The notes beneath the pieces are model-generated. The model was not told where the DNA came from. It saw nothing but the letters and a program-made list of their open reading frames with translations, and did no database searches. A stretch of DNA of 64,000 nt, from contig NW_027362971.1 of NCBI RefSeq assembly GCF_046119375.1, positions 2,108,001 through 2,172,000 on the forward strand. Reading direction: 5' to 3'. A program made the translations under genes and the position numbers. This document shows, in pieces, positions 48,067-60,300 of this stretch. The DNA is from Phyllobates terribilis (Eukaryota). How positions within the stretch are numbered: the stretch's first letter is position 1; every line of letters begins with the position of its first letter.

Positions 48067-51000
48067 TTATTCTGGAAGAGGACTGGCAAATTCATGAGAG
48101 ATCCAGGCCTTGTTCATTTTGAGAAAAGCCGGTCAACGTTATCGGAGGATTGTCGCATGCGACGGTCTGTTAGTACACTACCTGCGGCACTAAAGACGCG
48201 TTCCGATAATACACTAGCAGCAGGGCAAGCTAGCACCTCCAATGCATACTGACTAAGCTCTGGCCATGTATCCAGCTTACAGACCCAAAACTTGAAGGGA
48301 GAAGAGAAGTCTGGGAGTACACTGAGAGAGCAAGACATGTAGTCTGTCACCATCTGACGGAAGCGTTGCCTCCTGCTGACTGGAGCCGTCTGTGATGGTG
48401 TAGACATTTGTGGCGGTGGGGCCCCAAAACTTTGCCTCATTTCGGCCATACTGGTCTTGCCTTGCGCTGAGGCGCTGCTTCTGCTCCCTCTTTGTGCAGA
48501 GCTTCCTCCACTGCCTCGACGCACTGAGCTGCTTTGTAAAGCACTAGCAGCACTGCTCTCGGTTGGAATGGAGAACATGATGGAATGCACCAGTGCGTCT
48601 TGGTACTCCCGCATTTTACGCTCCCGGTTCAATGGTGTTATGAGGCTTTGTAAGTTGTCCCGGTAGCGAGGATCTAGGAGGGTGGACACCCAATAATCAG
48701 CCGTGTTGAGAATGTGGGCGATGCCGCGGTCGTTTCTCAGGCACTGCAGCATTAAATCAACCATGTGCTGCAGACTGCCAACTGGCCAAGAAACGCTGTC
48801 CCCTGCTTGAGGCGTGATCTCTGCCTGCTCTGCATCACCCCACCCTCGCTCTAGATACTGACTACTAGAGCATTGTGTACCTCCCTCCTCTGGACAGATG
48901 TCTTCCTCCTCCATTGACTCCTCCTCATCCTCCTCACAAAGTGTCCCCTGCCTAGGCCTTTGTGAGGAACCATGTTGCGCAGACTGTAGAGAAGCAGATG
49001 GCATTTGTGACTCCTCATCCTCCACCTCTTCCAAAACCTTGTCCCTTAGTTTTTGCAGTGTTTTTTCAAGCAGGCAGATAAGGGGGATAGTCATGCTGTC
49101 TAGTGCATCATCTGCACTCGCCATCCGCGTGGAATAATCGAAGGCACGCAAAACGTGGCAAATGTCCTTCATAGAGGCCCACTCAGTGGTGGTGAAGTGT
49201 GAACGGCGCGCACTGCGACTTGTTTGCGCCTGCTGCAGCTGGTACTCCATTACTGCTGCCTGCTGCTCACACAACCTCTCCAACATATGTAACGTTGAAT
49301 TCCACCTGGTGGGTAGGTCACATATGATGCGATGTTCCGGAAGACGTAATCGGCGCTGCAGAGCTGCAATGCGTGATCTTGCGTTGCTGGAACGCCGCAA
49401 GTGAGCGCACTCTATGCGGACCTTGTGAAGCAGTGCATCAAGATCCGGATAGTCCCTCAAAAAACTCTGCACGACCAAGTTGAGCACATGTGCCAGACAT
49501 AGGATGTGAGTGAGGTTGCCTAGGCCCAGAGCTGCCACCAGATTTCGGCCATTGTCACACACTACCATGCCTGGCTGGAGATTCGCTGGCACAAACCACA
49601 CGTCGCTCTGCTGCTTGATGGCATTCCAGAGCTCCTGCGCTGTGTGGCTTCGATTCCCCAAAGAAATTAATTTTAATACGGCCTGTTGACGTTTGGCCAC
49701 GGCTGTGCTCATATCGGTCATCATAACAGGTAACCCGTTCACGGGTCGATGTGGAGGTAGACCGTGACGGCTCCTGCAGCGCTGATTCAGAGGAACTGGA
49801 GTATGAGGAGGAGTCAATGTGTACAGACTGGATTCCTGCAATCCTAGGAGTTGGCAGAACACGGACAGCGCCACTCTCAAGATCTGTACCCGGCTCCACA
49901 ACATTTACCCAATGGGCAATGAGGGAAAGGTATCGTCCCTGTCCATGCTTACTGGTCCGCGCATCGGTGGACCTTGCTACTGACGGCGTTTTGTAGCGCA
50001 TGTTTAATTTTTCCCTCCACATGATGTTGCAGGGCAGGGACGGCTTGCCTGCTGAAATAAAAGCGGCTGGGCATGTTGTATTGTGGGACTGCCAATGCCA
50101 TAAAGTTACGGAAGGTGTCAGTCTCCACCAGCCTGAATGATAGCATTTCAAGGGCCAGTAGTTTAGCAATGCCAGCATTCAGAGCCTGTGCTCGGGGGTG
50201 GTTTGCCGAGTATGGGCGCCTTTTCTCCCATGCCTGTGCTAACGATGGCTGTAGACTGGCCTGGGAGTGTGAGGATGACTGGGAAAGTGGTGCTGTGGGT
50301 GGAATTACACTGTGTCTCTGTACAACAGTGCCAGAGATTCTTCCATGGCGATCCTGTGAGGAAGCCGAACCAGCTGTGTGTGAGCTGGAGGAAGAGGCTA
50401 CAACACGAGCTGAAGAGGTGGTAGCTGGCGCTGTAGGTTGGCCTAGGTCTTCAGTGTGTTTTTGTAACTCCACCACGTGCTTGGTCCACACATGTTTCCA
50501 CATATTTGTGGTATTGAGGTTGCTGACACTTTTCCCTCTTTTCACCTTCTGATTACACAGCTTGCATTTGACAAAGCAAATGTCATCTGCAACTGTGTCA
50601 AAAAAGGACCAGGCACTGCAAGTCTTGGGAGTGCCCGCTTTGGATTTTGGAAGAGCCATGCTCCTACTGGGTGCCGAAGTGGAGGCTACAGGCAACCAAG
50701 TCAGCCCCCTCCCTCTCCCTCCTTTTTGGGCCATTCGGGGAATCTCTTCCTCAGAGCTGCTCCCACCACCTTCCTGTCCCTCACGCCATGATGGGTCAAG
50801 GACCTCATCATCTACACCACCCTCTTCAAACAACTGCTTCTCCTGGGTAGTCTCGACAGCACAGTACGCACCAGAAAGTGGCACCTGAGTCTCATCAGAT
50901 GCGTACTGAGGTGAGCTGCTGACCATAGGCACTGGCCCACCCGCCTCTTCAGATTCAGAGAGACAAAACGGTTGCGCATCACTGCATACTACCTCTTCTT

Positions 51001-51433
51001 CAAATTCTCGAATTCTGCTTGGCTGGCCCCCTCTTTCCAAGCCAAGAGATTCAGAGAACAGAAGTAGAGATGGCTCCTGTCCAGGGCTCTCTGACTGCCT
51101 GGGCAATTTGGCAGGTGGTGAAGAGACAGATGGGTGCTATTCAGTGCTCAGGACCTGAGAGGATCTGGAACTAATTGAAGTCGATGCGTTAGCTGCCATC
51201 CATCCGACAACGGCTTCAATTTGGTCCTCCCGCAGCAGTGGGGTATGGCTAGCTCCTACAAAGCTGCGCATAAAGGACTGTTCCCTGGTAAAACTGGGGG
51301 ATGCTGAGTCACTGGTACCCGCAGCAGACACAGAATCCCCACGTCCTCTCCCTGCAGGCACAGAATCCTCACGTCCTCTCCCTGCAGAAACTCCACGCCC
51401 ACGACCACATGCCTTACTCCCTGCCTTCTTCAT
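48067..51433 (-). pseudogene. hAT transposase (ZBED-like: BED finger, DDE, hATC dimerisation domain), disrupted
   Basis: BED finger WSFF..C..C..TTNMWKHVWTKH, TDA(R/W)TS, CDNGRN, CLAHVLNLVV, CDLPTRWNST and PAASVLSERVFSAAG. In-frame stop at 51139-51137 and frameshifts near 49970, 49720 and 48125. Confidence 0.92.
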
Positions 51434-54416
51434 CTTGGTAGACTGATAAAGATAGGCAGAAAAGTACTAAAGGCTTAGTGTGCTTATTCCTGAACAGCTG
51501 CTAACAGGTATAAGAAACACTAATTTTATAAAGTGTGGACTAGACTTTAATATGAGCTAATGTGGCCTACACAACTGTAAAGTGGAGTGTTTGGTGAACT
51601 TTATTTAGGTTTTTTTGACACAAAAAGACACTGGATGTGCCCAAAGATGTAATACCGATAATAGCTACAAAAAGTTTGTGATACTACAATGTAGGAAGGT
51701 AACCTACAATGCAATAGATGAGGCTACAAAAAATAGGCTAATACTAATCTGGCTGGGGCTGCAGGGCACAATGCTGCAGAAAGGCTCCTCTAACTACTCC
51801 TATATATGTGTTTGGAACCAATTTAGCTGAATACGGATGGAACCACCACACTAATAGGAGATATCAGGAAAAATTATGAATTGGCAAAAAAGGACAATGT
51901 ATGAGGCAGTGACACACACTGAGTGCACTACAACCAGACTTGGCTGAAGCACACACTACAGGGTGAGCTGCACTCACACACACAGACCTTGCAGACAGCG
52001 GTGAACAGCACAAAGAACTGTGCACTAGCGCTGCAATTCACAGCGATTTATAAAGTAGCTTGGGTAAAGCAGAATAGACCAAATAGGTAGCTAAAACTGT
52101 CCCTCAGAACAACAGCGCCCTATCCCTAACTGAATTCACAGCAGAGTGAGCTCAAAATGGCGGCGGCGGCTTTTATAGTGCATCATGACATCATTTCAGC
52201 AGCCAATCACAGCCATGCCATTAGTTAAGATGCCTACATGCCTAACAGGATGTGCCCACACTTCTTAGGATCCTCATTGGCAGAATAAAATGAAACTGGC
52301 TCATTGCATTATGGGAACTTCCGATTCCGGTATACGATATTGCAAAAGTATCGGAATTAAGTATCGGAATTCCGATACCGCGAATATCGGCCGATACCCG
52401 ATATTTCAGTATTGGAATGCTCAACACTAATTGTAATAGAAAGTATGTGGATTTTACATGCGTTTTTCCTGCCAGGTAGAAGCGCTTGCCAAGCGTTTTT
52501 GTATGCGAGTTATCAAGTGATTTTGCAAGCGATTTTAGCATCACTTGGAAAGTGCTTGACAACTTGGTCAAACTATATAAATCCATGCAACTGGCATGGA
52601 TTTATATAGTGTGACCAAGTTAATAGTTAAAAAATGAATAAAAATGGTAAAAAAAAAATAAAAAAAAATTATATTCACCTTTCGATGACCCCCGGTCTTT
52701 TCTGCGGTGCGTCCGGTGTCTTGGTCAGTTCGCGATGGTCTAAAAGGACCTTCCATGAAGTCATTTAGTCATGTGACAGGTCATGCAACCGCCGACGTCA
52801 GAGATCGCGTGACCCATCACATGACTGAATGACATCATGGAAGGTCCTTTTAGACCATCGCGAGCCGCCGGGGAGCCAGGACGCACCGTACAGGAGACCG
52901 AGGGCCATCAGGAGGTGAGTATAATGTTTATTTTTTATTTTAAATTCTTTTTTTTAACAGGTACTATGGTACCCAGGTCTGGAGGAGAGTCTTCTCTTCT
53001 CCAGACCTGGGTACCATCCGCACATTGAATCGCTTAATATCCGCATGTGCACATGTATTCATGCGGATATTAAGCGATTCAATGCAAGTCAATGGCGGCC
53101 ATTACGCCACGTATCTGCAAAAATAATGGACGTGTTGCGGATTTTTCCGCAATGATAATCCGCAGCGTAAATTTCCGCAGCATGTGCACAGCACATGCGG
53201 ATTATCATTGGGGACCATGGGGCACGTATTATCAAGCGTTTTTTAAGCGTTTTCGCTGCAGAAATTCCTCGGCAAAAACGCTTGAAAAACGCATAGTGGG
53301 CACGCAGCCTAATAAATAACATTTCCCACATGTCTACTTTCTATTAGCACAATATTTGCAACAAATTTTTCTTGTTAGGAAGTTATAAGGGTTAAAAGTT
53401 GACCAGCGAGTTCTCATTTTTCCAACAATTTACAAAACCATTTTTTTTTTTTTTTTAGGGACATCACATTTGAAGTGACTTTGAGGGATCTATATGACAG
53501 AAAATCCCCAAAAGTGACACCATTCTAAAAACTGCACCCCTCAAGGGGCTCAAAACCACATTCAAGATGTTTATTAACCCTTCACCTGCTTCACAGGAAC
53601 TGAAGCAACATGGAAGGAAAAAATGAACATTTACCTTTTATCACACAAATTTTACATCCGACCCCAATTTGTTTTTATTTTCGCAAGGGTAACAAAAGAA
53701 AATAGACCACAAAATTTGTTGTGCAATTTCTCGCGATTACACCGATACCCCATATGTGAGGGAAAACGACTGTTTGGGTGCTCGGAAGGGAAGAAGTACC
53801 ATTTGACCTTTTCAACCAAAATTGTCTGGAATCTAGAGCGGATGCCATGTCGCATTTGGAGAGCCCTGATGCGAATAAACAGTGGAAACCCATCACACGT
53901 GACCCAATTTTGGAAACTAGACCTCTCAATGAACTTATCTAGATGTGTGGTGAGCACCTTGAACCCACAGGTGCTTTACAGAAGTTTTACAATGCAGAGT
54001 GGTGAAAATAAAAAATCAAACTTTTTTCACAAAAAAATGATCTTTTAGCCCCAGTTTTTTTTTATTTTCATAAGGGTAAGGGGAAAAATGGACCCTGAAA
54101 ATTGTTCAATTTCTCCTGAGTACGCTGATACCCCATATATGGGGAAAAAAAATCACTGGGCGCACGGCAGGGCTCGGAAGGGAAGGAGCGCGGTTTGACT
54201 TTTTGAATGTAAAATTTGCTGGGCTAATTAGTGGATGCCATGTCGAGTTTGGGGAGCCCCTGATGTGTCTAAACAGTGGAAACCCCCCACACTTGACCCC
54301 ATTTTGGAAACTAGACCCCTCAAGGATTTTGTCAAGGGGTATAGTGAGCATTTTGAACCCAGAGGTACGACACAGAATTTGATAACATTAGGTCATCATA
54401 TTGAATAAGTTGTCAT

Positions 54417-54690
54417 TAGTCTTGAGCGTAAGTGCTCGCTACTTGAGTTTGCATTAGTTGCTTGGGTATGCACCGAGTATCGCGGGTGATCGAGTCAGAT
54501 GCTAGCGTACCCGCCCCACGTGTTTCGCGGCTGTTAGACACCCAAAAAAACATGTGGGGATTGCCTGTGTATGGCAGGCAATCCCTGTGTTTTTTATTGC
54601 TGTATAACAGCCGCAAAACATGTGGGGGGGGGGGGGGGGACTCAAGCACCCGCGACACTCTGTGCATACCCGAGCACGTGCTCGCTGCTT
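54417..54690. mobile_element. hAT MITE with a TAGT(C/G)TTGAGCG terminus, similar to the large hAT element
   Basis: Left end TAGTCTTGAGCG and internal palindromes. Right end degraded; TSD not seen. Confidence 0.5.
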
Positions 54691-56923
54691 GTCATATCGT
54701 CATCATTTTTTTTTCTTTACGTTTGAAAAAATCCCAACCCTAGGGCTAAGTGCCCACGATGCAGAAATGCTCCGGAGTTTTCCTGAGCGTTTCTGCATCT
54801 CCCTGGCAGAAAAAAAGCATGCGGATTTTACATGCGTTTTTCCTGCCAGGGACAAGCGTAAGTGAAGCGTATTTCTGCATGTGGGTTGTTAAGCGCTTTC
54901 CAGGCGATTTTAGCATCACTTGGAAAGTGCTTGACAACTTGGTCACACTATATAAATCCATGCAACCGGCATGGATTTATATAGTGTGACCAAGTTAATA
55001 GTTGAAAAAATTATTAAAAATGGTAAAAAAAAAACAAAAACAACAACAAAAAAAATGTTATACTTACCGTCTGATGGCCCCCCGGTCTTTTCTCCGCTGC
55101 GTCCGGTCTCTTATACGGCTCGCCGTGGTCTGAAAGGACCTTCCATGACGTCATTTAGTCATGTGACAGGTCACGCGACCGCCGTCAGCGGTCGCGTGAC
55201 CCATCACATGACTAAATGACATCATCGCAGGTCCTTTTAGACCATCGCGAGCCGTAGAAAAGACCGGACGCAGCGGAGAAAAGACCGGGGGGTGGCCATC
55301 AGAAGGTGAGTATAGTGTATTTTTTTTTATGTTAAAAAAAAAAAAAAGAATTAACATAAAAAAAAATACACTATACTCACCTTCTGATGGCCCCCCCCCC
55401 CCGGTCTTTTCTCCGCTGCGTCCGGTCTCTTATACGGCTCGCCGTGGTCTGAAAGGACCTTCCATGACGTCATTTAGTCATGTGACAGGTCACGCGACCG
55501 CCGTCAGCGGTCGCGTGACCCATCACATGACTAAATGACATCATCGCAGGTCCTTTTAGACCATCGCGAGCCGTAGAAAAGACCGGGGGGGGGGCCATCA
55601 GAAGGTGAGTATAGTGTATTTTTTTTTTTTTTTTTTACAGGTACCATGGTACCCAGGTCTGGATGAGAGTCTCCTCTTCTCCAGACCCGGGTACCATCTG
55701 CACATTGAATCACTTAATACCCGCATGTGCACATGTAGTCATGCGGATATTAAGCGATTCAATGCAAGTCAATGGCGGCGAAAATGCCGCGTTTATGCAA
55801 GAAAATTGGTAGTGCTGCGGATTTTTCCGTAATGATAATCCGCAGCGGAAATTTCCACAGCATATGCACAGCACATGCGGATTATGATTAGGGAACATGG
55901 CAGGCCGTCTACCAAGCGTTTAAGCGATTCTGCAGCGGAATTGCCGCTGCGGAAACGCTTAAACGCATAGTGGGCACGCAGCCTAACACAACCCCGAAAT
56001 CCCCACAAAATGGGGTCTGGATGCATGGGCCTTAGACTGTAATGGTGACGGCAGCGCAAATGTGGTCTCTGATGTGCATCATTTTTGGGATAAGCAGTAG
56101 ACTGCGTTTGAGTGTCCGCCTCCTGTAGGCGCACACTCCCGAAAAAAGTGCATGTTCACTCTGCCGTCACCATTACAGTCTATTGGCCCAGTCGGCGCAA
56201 GCATCCGTAGCCCGTTTTGTGGGAGCTTTCGGACCGGTTCCCCGACAGGGATACAGAACACAATGTGAAAGCACCTTAAGGGCTTGTGCAGACCATTGTA
56301 TAAATCGGACGAGTGCTATCCATGGTTTTGATGCATAGCGCTCGTACCCATATTATTATATGAGGCCGTGTACATCCCAATTTTTTCCTACGAGTGGTCT
56401 GAGGAAAAAAATCGCAGCGTGCACGATTTGCCTCAGCGACTTGGATGGCACTCGCCCATTCATGTCTGTGAAAAAAAAAACAGACTGCACTCGGGATGAT
56501 AGCCGAGTGCAGTCATATTTCCACTGACTGACATAATGCAGCCACTATCGCTACTTAAAAGTTTATATTTCCCTCTTTTTTTGGCAAAAAAAAAATATAA
56601 AAATATTTTTCTATCCTATTTTTACCTCAGAGAAAAAAACAAAAAACTTCTAAATGCTCAGAAGTGAACAAAGCCTCCCTGAGGTTCCAGGCAGCACCCG
56701 CAGCTGAGGGATGAAAACTGACGAGACGAATTCTATCACAGACATGATTTTGTTTTTTTATACCCACGTGTGAGAGAATGAGGAAGGGAGCGTGGAGCGC
56801 ATATCGCGATAACACACAGCCAGGACTCTTCCTCCTCCCAGCTGCGCGGACGTCGTGTTGCAGTGAGCACATCGGGCCCCCGCCATCATACTCTCTTTCC
56901 CTCCCTTCACCTCAGCTACGAAA

Positions 56924-57266
56924 ATGAGGGACACCATTAAGATTTTCGTCGGTAATGTGGACGACCGGACCACGCAGCAGGAGCTGACTGAGCTCTTCCA
57001 GAAGTACGGCACAGTGGTGAGCTGCGCCGTCATGAAGCAATACGCTTTCGTTCACATGAGGGTGTCGGACCACGCCACGAAGGCGATCGAAGAGCTGAAC
57101 GGCCGCGAGCTCCACGGCAAGAAATTGGTGGTGGAGCTATCGAAGCCCCGACCCCAGAACACCTGGAAGATATTCATAGGCAATGTCGGCACCGACTGCG
57201 ACGCCTCCGATCTCCGAACCCTGTTCGAAAAGTATGGGAACGTGATAGAGTGCGATGTGGTGAAAG
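56924..57266 (+). CDS. RBM14: RNA-binding motif protein 14 (CoAA), exon 1: RRM1 and start of RRM2
   Basis: [12 protein letters not shown]...KQYAFVHM...[20 protein letters not shown]...ECDVVK G|GTAATA. 343 nt, phase 1. Lies in a CpG-rich region downstream of CCS. Confidence 0.9.
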
Positions 57267-57307
57267 GTAATAACGACCGGAGGAAGGAAGACGTGTGTGA
57301 GGAAACT

Positions 57308-57347
57308 AAAATGGCCGCCGAGCGCTGGGTGACCTAAGATGGCGGCC
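57308..57347 (+). promoter_or_regulatory. Two YY1-consensus motifs at the start of RBM14 intron 1
   Basis: AAAATGGCCGCC at 57308-57319 and AAGATGGCGGCC at 57336-57347. Confidence 0.55.
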
Positions 57348-60300
57348 GCTAGTGCGCGCTTGTCTGACTGAATCCTGTTGCCTTCTCCCCGCGTTTCTAT
57401 AGTGCTCTGTGTAGTTAACCCCTTCTAGTGTGGCCTGTGCCCAAAAGGAGTTGGCTGAGGGACACACAAGCCCTGTTTACAGTATTGCTCCATCCACATC
57501 AGTCTGTCATTTAGTCGTCGAGACACACGTAACATCATCCTGTGAGAAAGAGATGTTTCGACGATGTGTAATGCGTCCGAATCCAATTATCGCCATTAAT
57601 GCAGTTTCCGGAAATACGTGTAAATGTTATCCTGTATACAAGGATATATTTCGACGTTATGTAATGTCCTTATCGTCGTTAATCCAGTTTGCGCTCTTAT
57701 CTGTGGGCACATAGCGAGATGTCGCAGTCGCTTTTCATTACTTTGATGTGGGAAGCCGCGCCGTTAATTTCCCCATTCACTTCTATCATCGCAGTTTTTG
57801 CGTTACTCATACTCCCTGTGAGGTGCGATGGAACAGGAGGTTTCCTTTAAAAAGTATTCCCGTCTGGTGCAGGGTGAGCAGTAGTCCGATGGTGAAGGTT
57901 TAGTGTCGTCTGAAGACCGGCTATACACATAAGCTATAAAACAATGTTCACACTTACTTTATTAATTTTTTTTTCAAGGAGAAAGCCCTTTCTTGAAACG
58001 CTTATTAGAGACATTTTCTATTCCTGAAGAGGTTATATTTTGCCTTTTTTTTTTTTATATAGGATATATTCCATATGGGGTCTATTTAAGAGAAGTGATG
58101 TGCATCCCTACCCCACCAGGCTTTTATCAGGACCTTCTAAGGAAAGAAAGGCTTAAATGGGTTGTCCAAAGTAAATTTCTCCATTCCCTATCCATTTAGT
58201 GCCATAATCTAAACTGTCTTAATACTCATCCGTTAAAAATTCCCTACCGTTACCTCACTACCCTATTAGTTTAACCCCACCCAAACTTCCTATTTGATGT
58301 TTTGCTTTTGAATCGTCATCAGACTCTACGGTCAGTGCTGCAGCCTCTGTCTCCACCCTGTAACTTAGCGTCAGTGGCACTCCTTTCAGGGTCTGGGCTA
58401 GTCCCTGTGCACAATCACAGCGCGGTCTCTGTTGCTGGCTTGGATCAGCAGTGACGAACCGGCAACAGAGTGGTGTCACAATACGAGACCAGCGCCGCCC
58501 CCGCAGATGATGTCAATGGTCTCTGCACACCAGGTATTGTGGAACTGCTCTGTTGCCGTCTCCTCTCTGCAGCATAGCGCGCTGTCATTGTGCACAGCAC
58601 ACAGGGATTAGTCCATCACATTAAACCAGTGTCACTGATAATGCTTAGTTTCAGGGAGTGGGCAGGGACCGCTGCCCCCTGATGACTCTTTGTTTGAAAA
58701 TCTCAGTGCATGCTGGGCTACTCAGTGTCACAAGAAAGGAAGTATGTTAGAAAAGCTGTTAAATAGTGTATTTAGGGAATTTTTATCGCAGGTATATTAG
58801 TTTAGATTATGGAACTAAATAGGGATTCAGAATGAAACTTACTTTGACTTTAGACCACCCCTTTAAGGGTATGTGCCCATGATCAGGAAATAGCAGCGTA
58901 TATTCGCTGCATTCTCAATACGCAGTTAAATCCTCGTGTTCAGTGAACTATGCGGATTTAACGCATCCAATAAATTCTATTGTGGAAATTTCTTTTGCAG
59001 AGACTATGGTCTCCACAACAGAAACTGACATGCTACTGCTCATTAACCCACGCAGCAGGCGAGTTTACGCAGCGTCAGATAGAAGCACAGTGGGCATGGA
59101 ATTCCTATAAATCCCATCCACTGCTTCTAATGTAGAACGCAGCCTTTTGGACACAGCGCAAGTGGGCTGCGTCCAAAAAGCTGCTATTCCTGATTGTGGG
59201 CATGTACCCTAATAAACTCTAAAAACCCTCACATGAACAATGAAGTGGATTTCCCATAGAAATAAATTGAAAGAGTTTTCCAAGGATTTTTGGAGCAAAA
59301 CATCTCCAGAAACTGAGTGAAAATGGCCTTAAGCTGTTTTTTTTTCTTTTGAGTGTGTAGAGACACTTAAACAATGCTTGGAAAACTTTTTCCTATTTTG
59401 CGTCTATGGTAAATAATTTTTTCGTACATGATTTTTTTTTTTTTTTTCTCGAAGGGAACCGGTCATCAAAAAAACCCAAAATGCTGTTAATCTACAGGTT
59501 AATAGCATTATTATGCTAGCTGGCGCCTGCACTTAGACCAACGCTGCAGAGACAAAATTAACTTTATTTGCCCCGGCAGCATTCCTGTTTCAGTGACGTG
59601 GGCGGCGCCGACACTGGTTCAGTCACCACTCTATACAGAGCAGAAGCTGTAACCGCACCCCCCTGACTGACTGGTGACCTTGATGCAGAAGCAGTGTTAG
59701 GGCCAGGGGCGTGGTTACAGCCACCGCTCTGTGGTGCCTAAATCCGTGCTGGCGCCGTCCCCGTGCCTGAGATGGGCACGTTGCTGGGGAGAATAAAGTT
59801 AATTTTCTCCCCGCAGCGTCCAGCTGCATGCAGGCGCCGGGCAGCATAATAACGCTATTAACCTGCAGATTAACCCCATATCTGCAGGTTAATAGAGTTT
59901 TGTTCTGGTGACAGGTTCCCTTTAAGATTGAGAAACGCCCTGTGGGGAAAAAAGTGACATTATCTCTGAGGCATATTCTTCTTGAAATCTGCTTAAAACT
60001 TGACACATCCAATTAAAATGCTGAAATTAAAACAAAAAGAAAAAACACTTCAAGTAAAGAGAAAAAACTTCCCCAACAATGCAACATTTTCTGAAGCACT
60101 TTCTACTAGAAAAACGCAAGGTTTTGTCCACCTACAAAAAAAACCCTCCATCTGAACACAGCCTGACAGGATGAGTAAAAAGTAGAGTAGAGTGGATCGA
60201 TTTGCAGGGCCCTGCTCCAGCGCACGGGTCATTAGTTCATGGCTATTGGGTGGGAGCCTGAGAACCTCCACTTACCTGCTGACATCCATGACTCCTCCTT

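Larger units (their letters stand above)
44812..52429 (-). mobile_element. hAT-superfamily DNA transposon, 7618 bp, with BED-finger transposase and internal repeat cargo
   Basis: TIRs TAGTGTTGAGC / GCTCAACACTA. Perfect 8-bp TSD ATTGTAAT at 44804-44811 and 52430-52437. Clusters of ATCGG/CCGAT motifs at both subtermini. Confidence 0.95.

Noticed and set aside
56924-57337. 137-aa single-exon RRM protein, or RBM4
   Set aside because: The ORF simply reads through the donor at 57267. Exon 2 at 63340 completes RRM2 and lacks the RBM4 CCHC knuckle.
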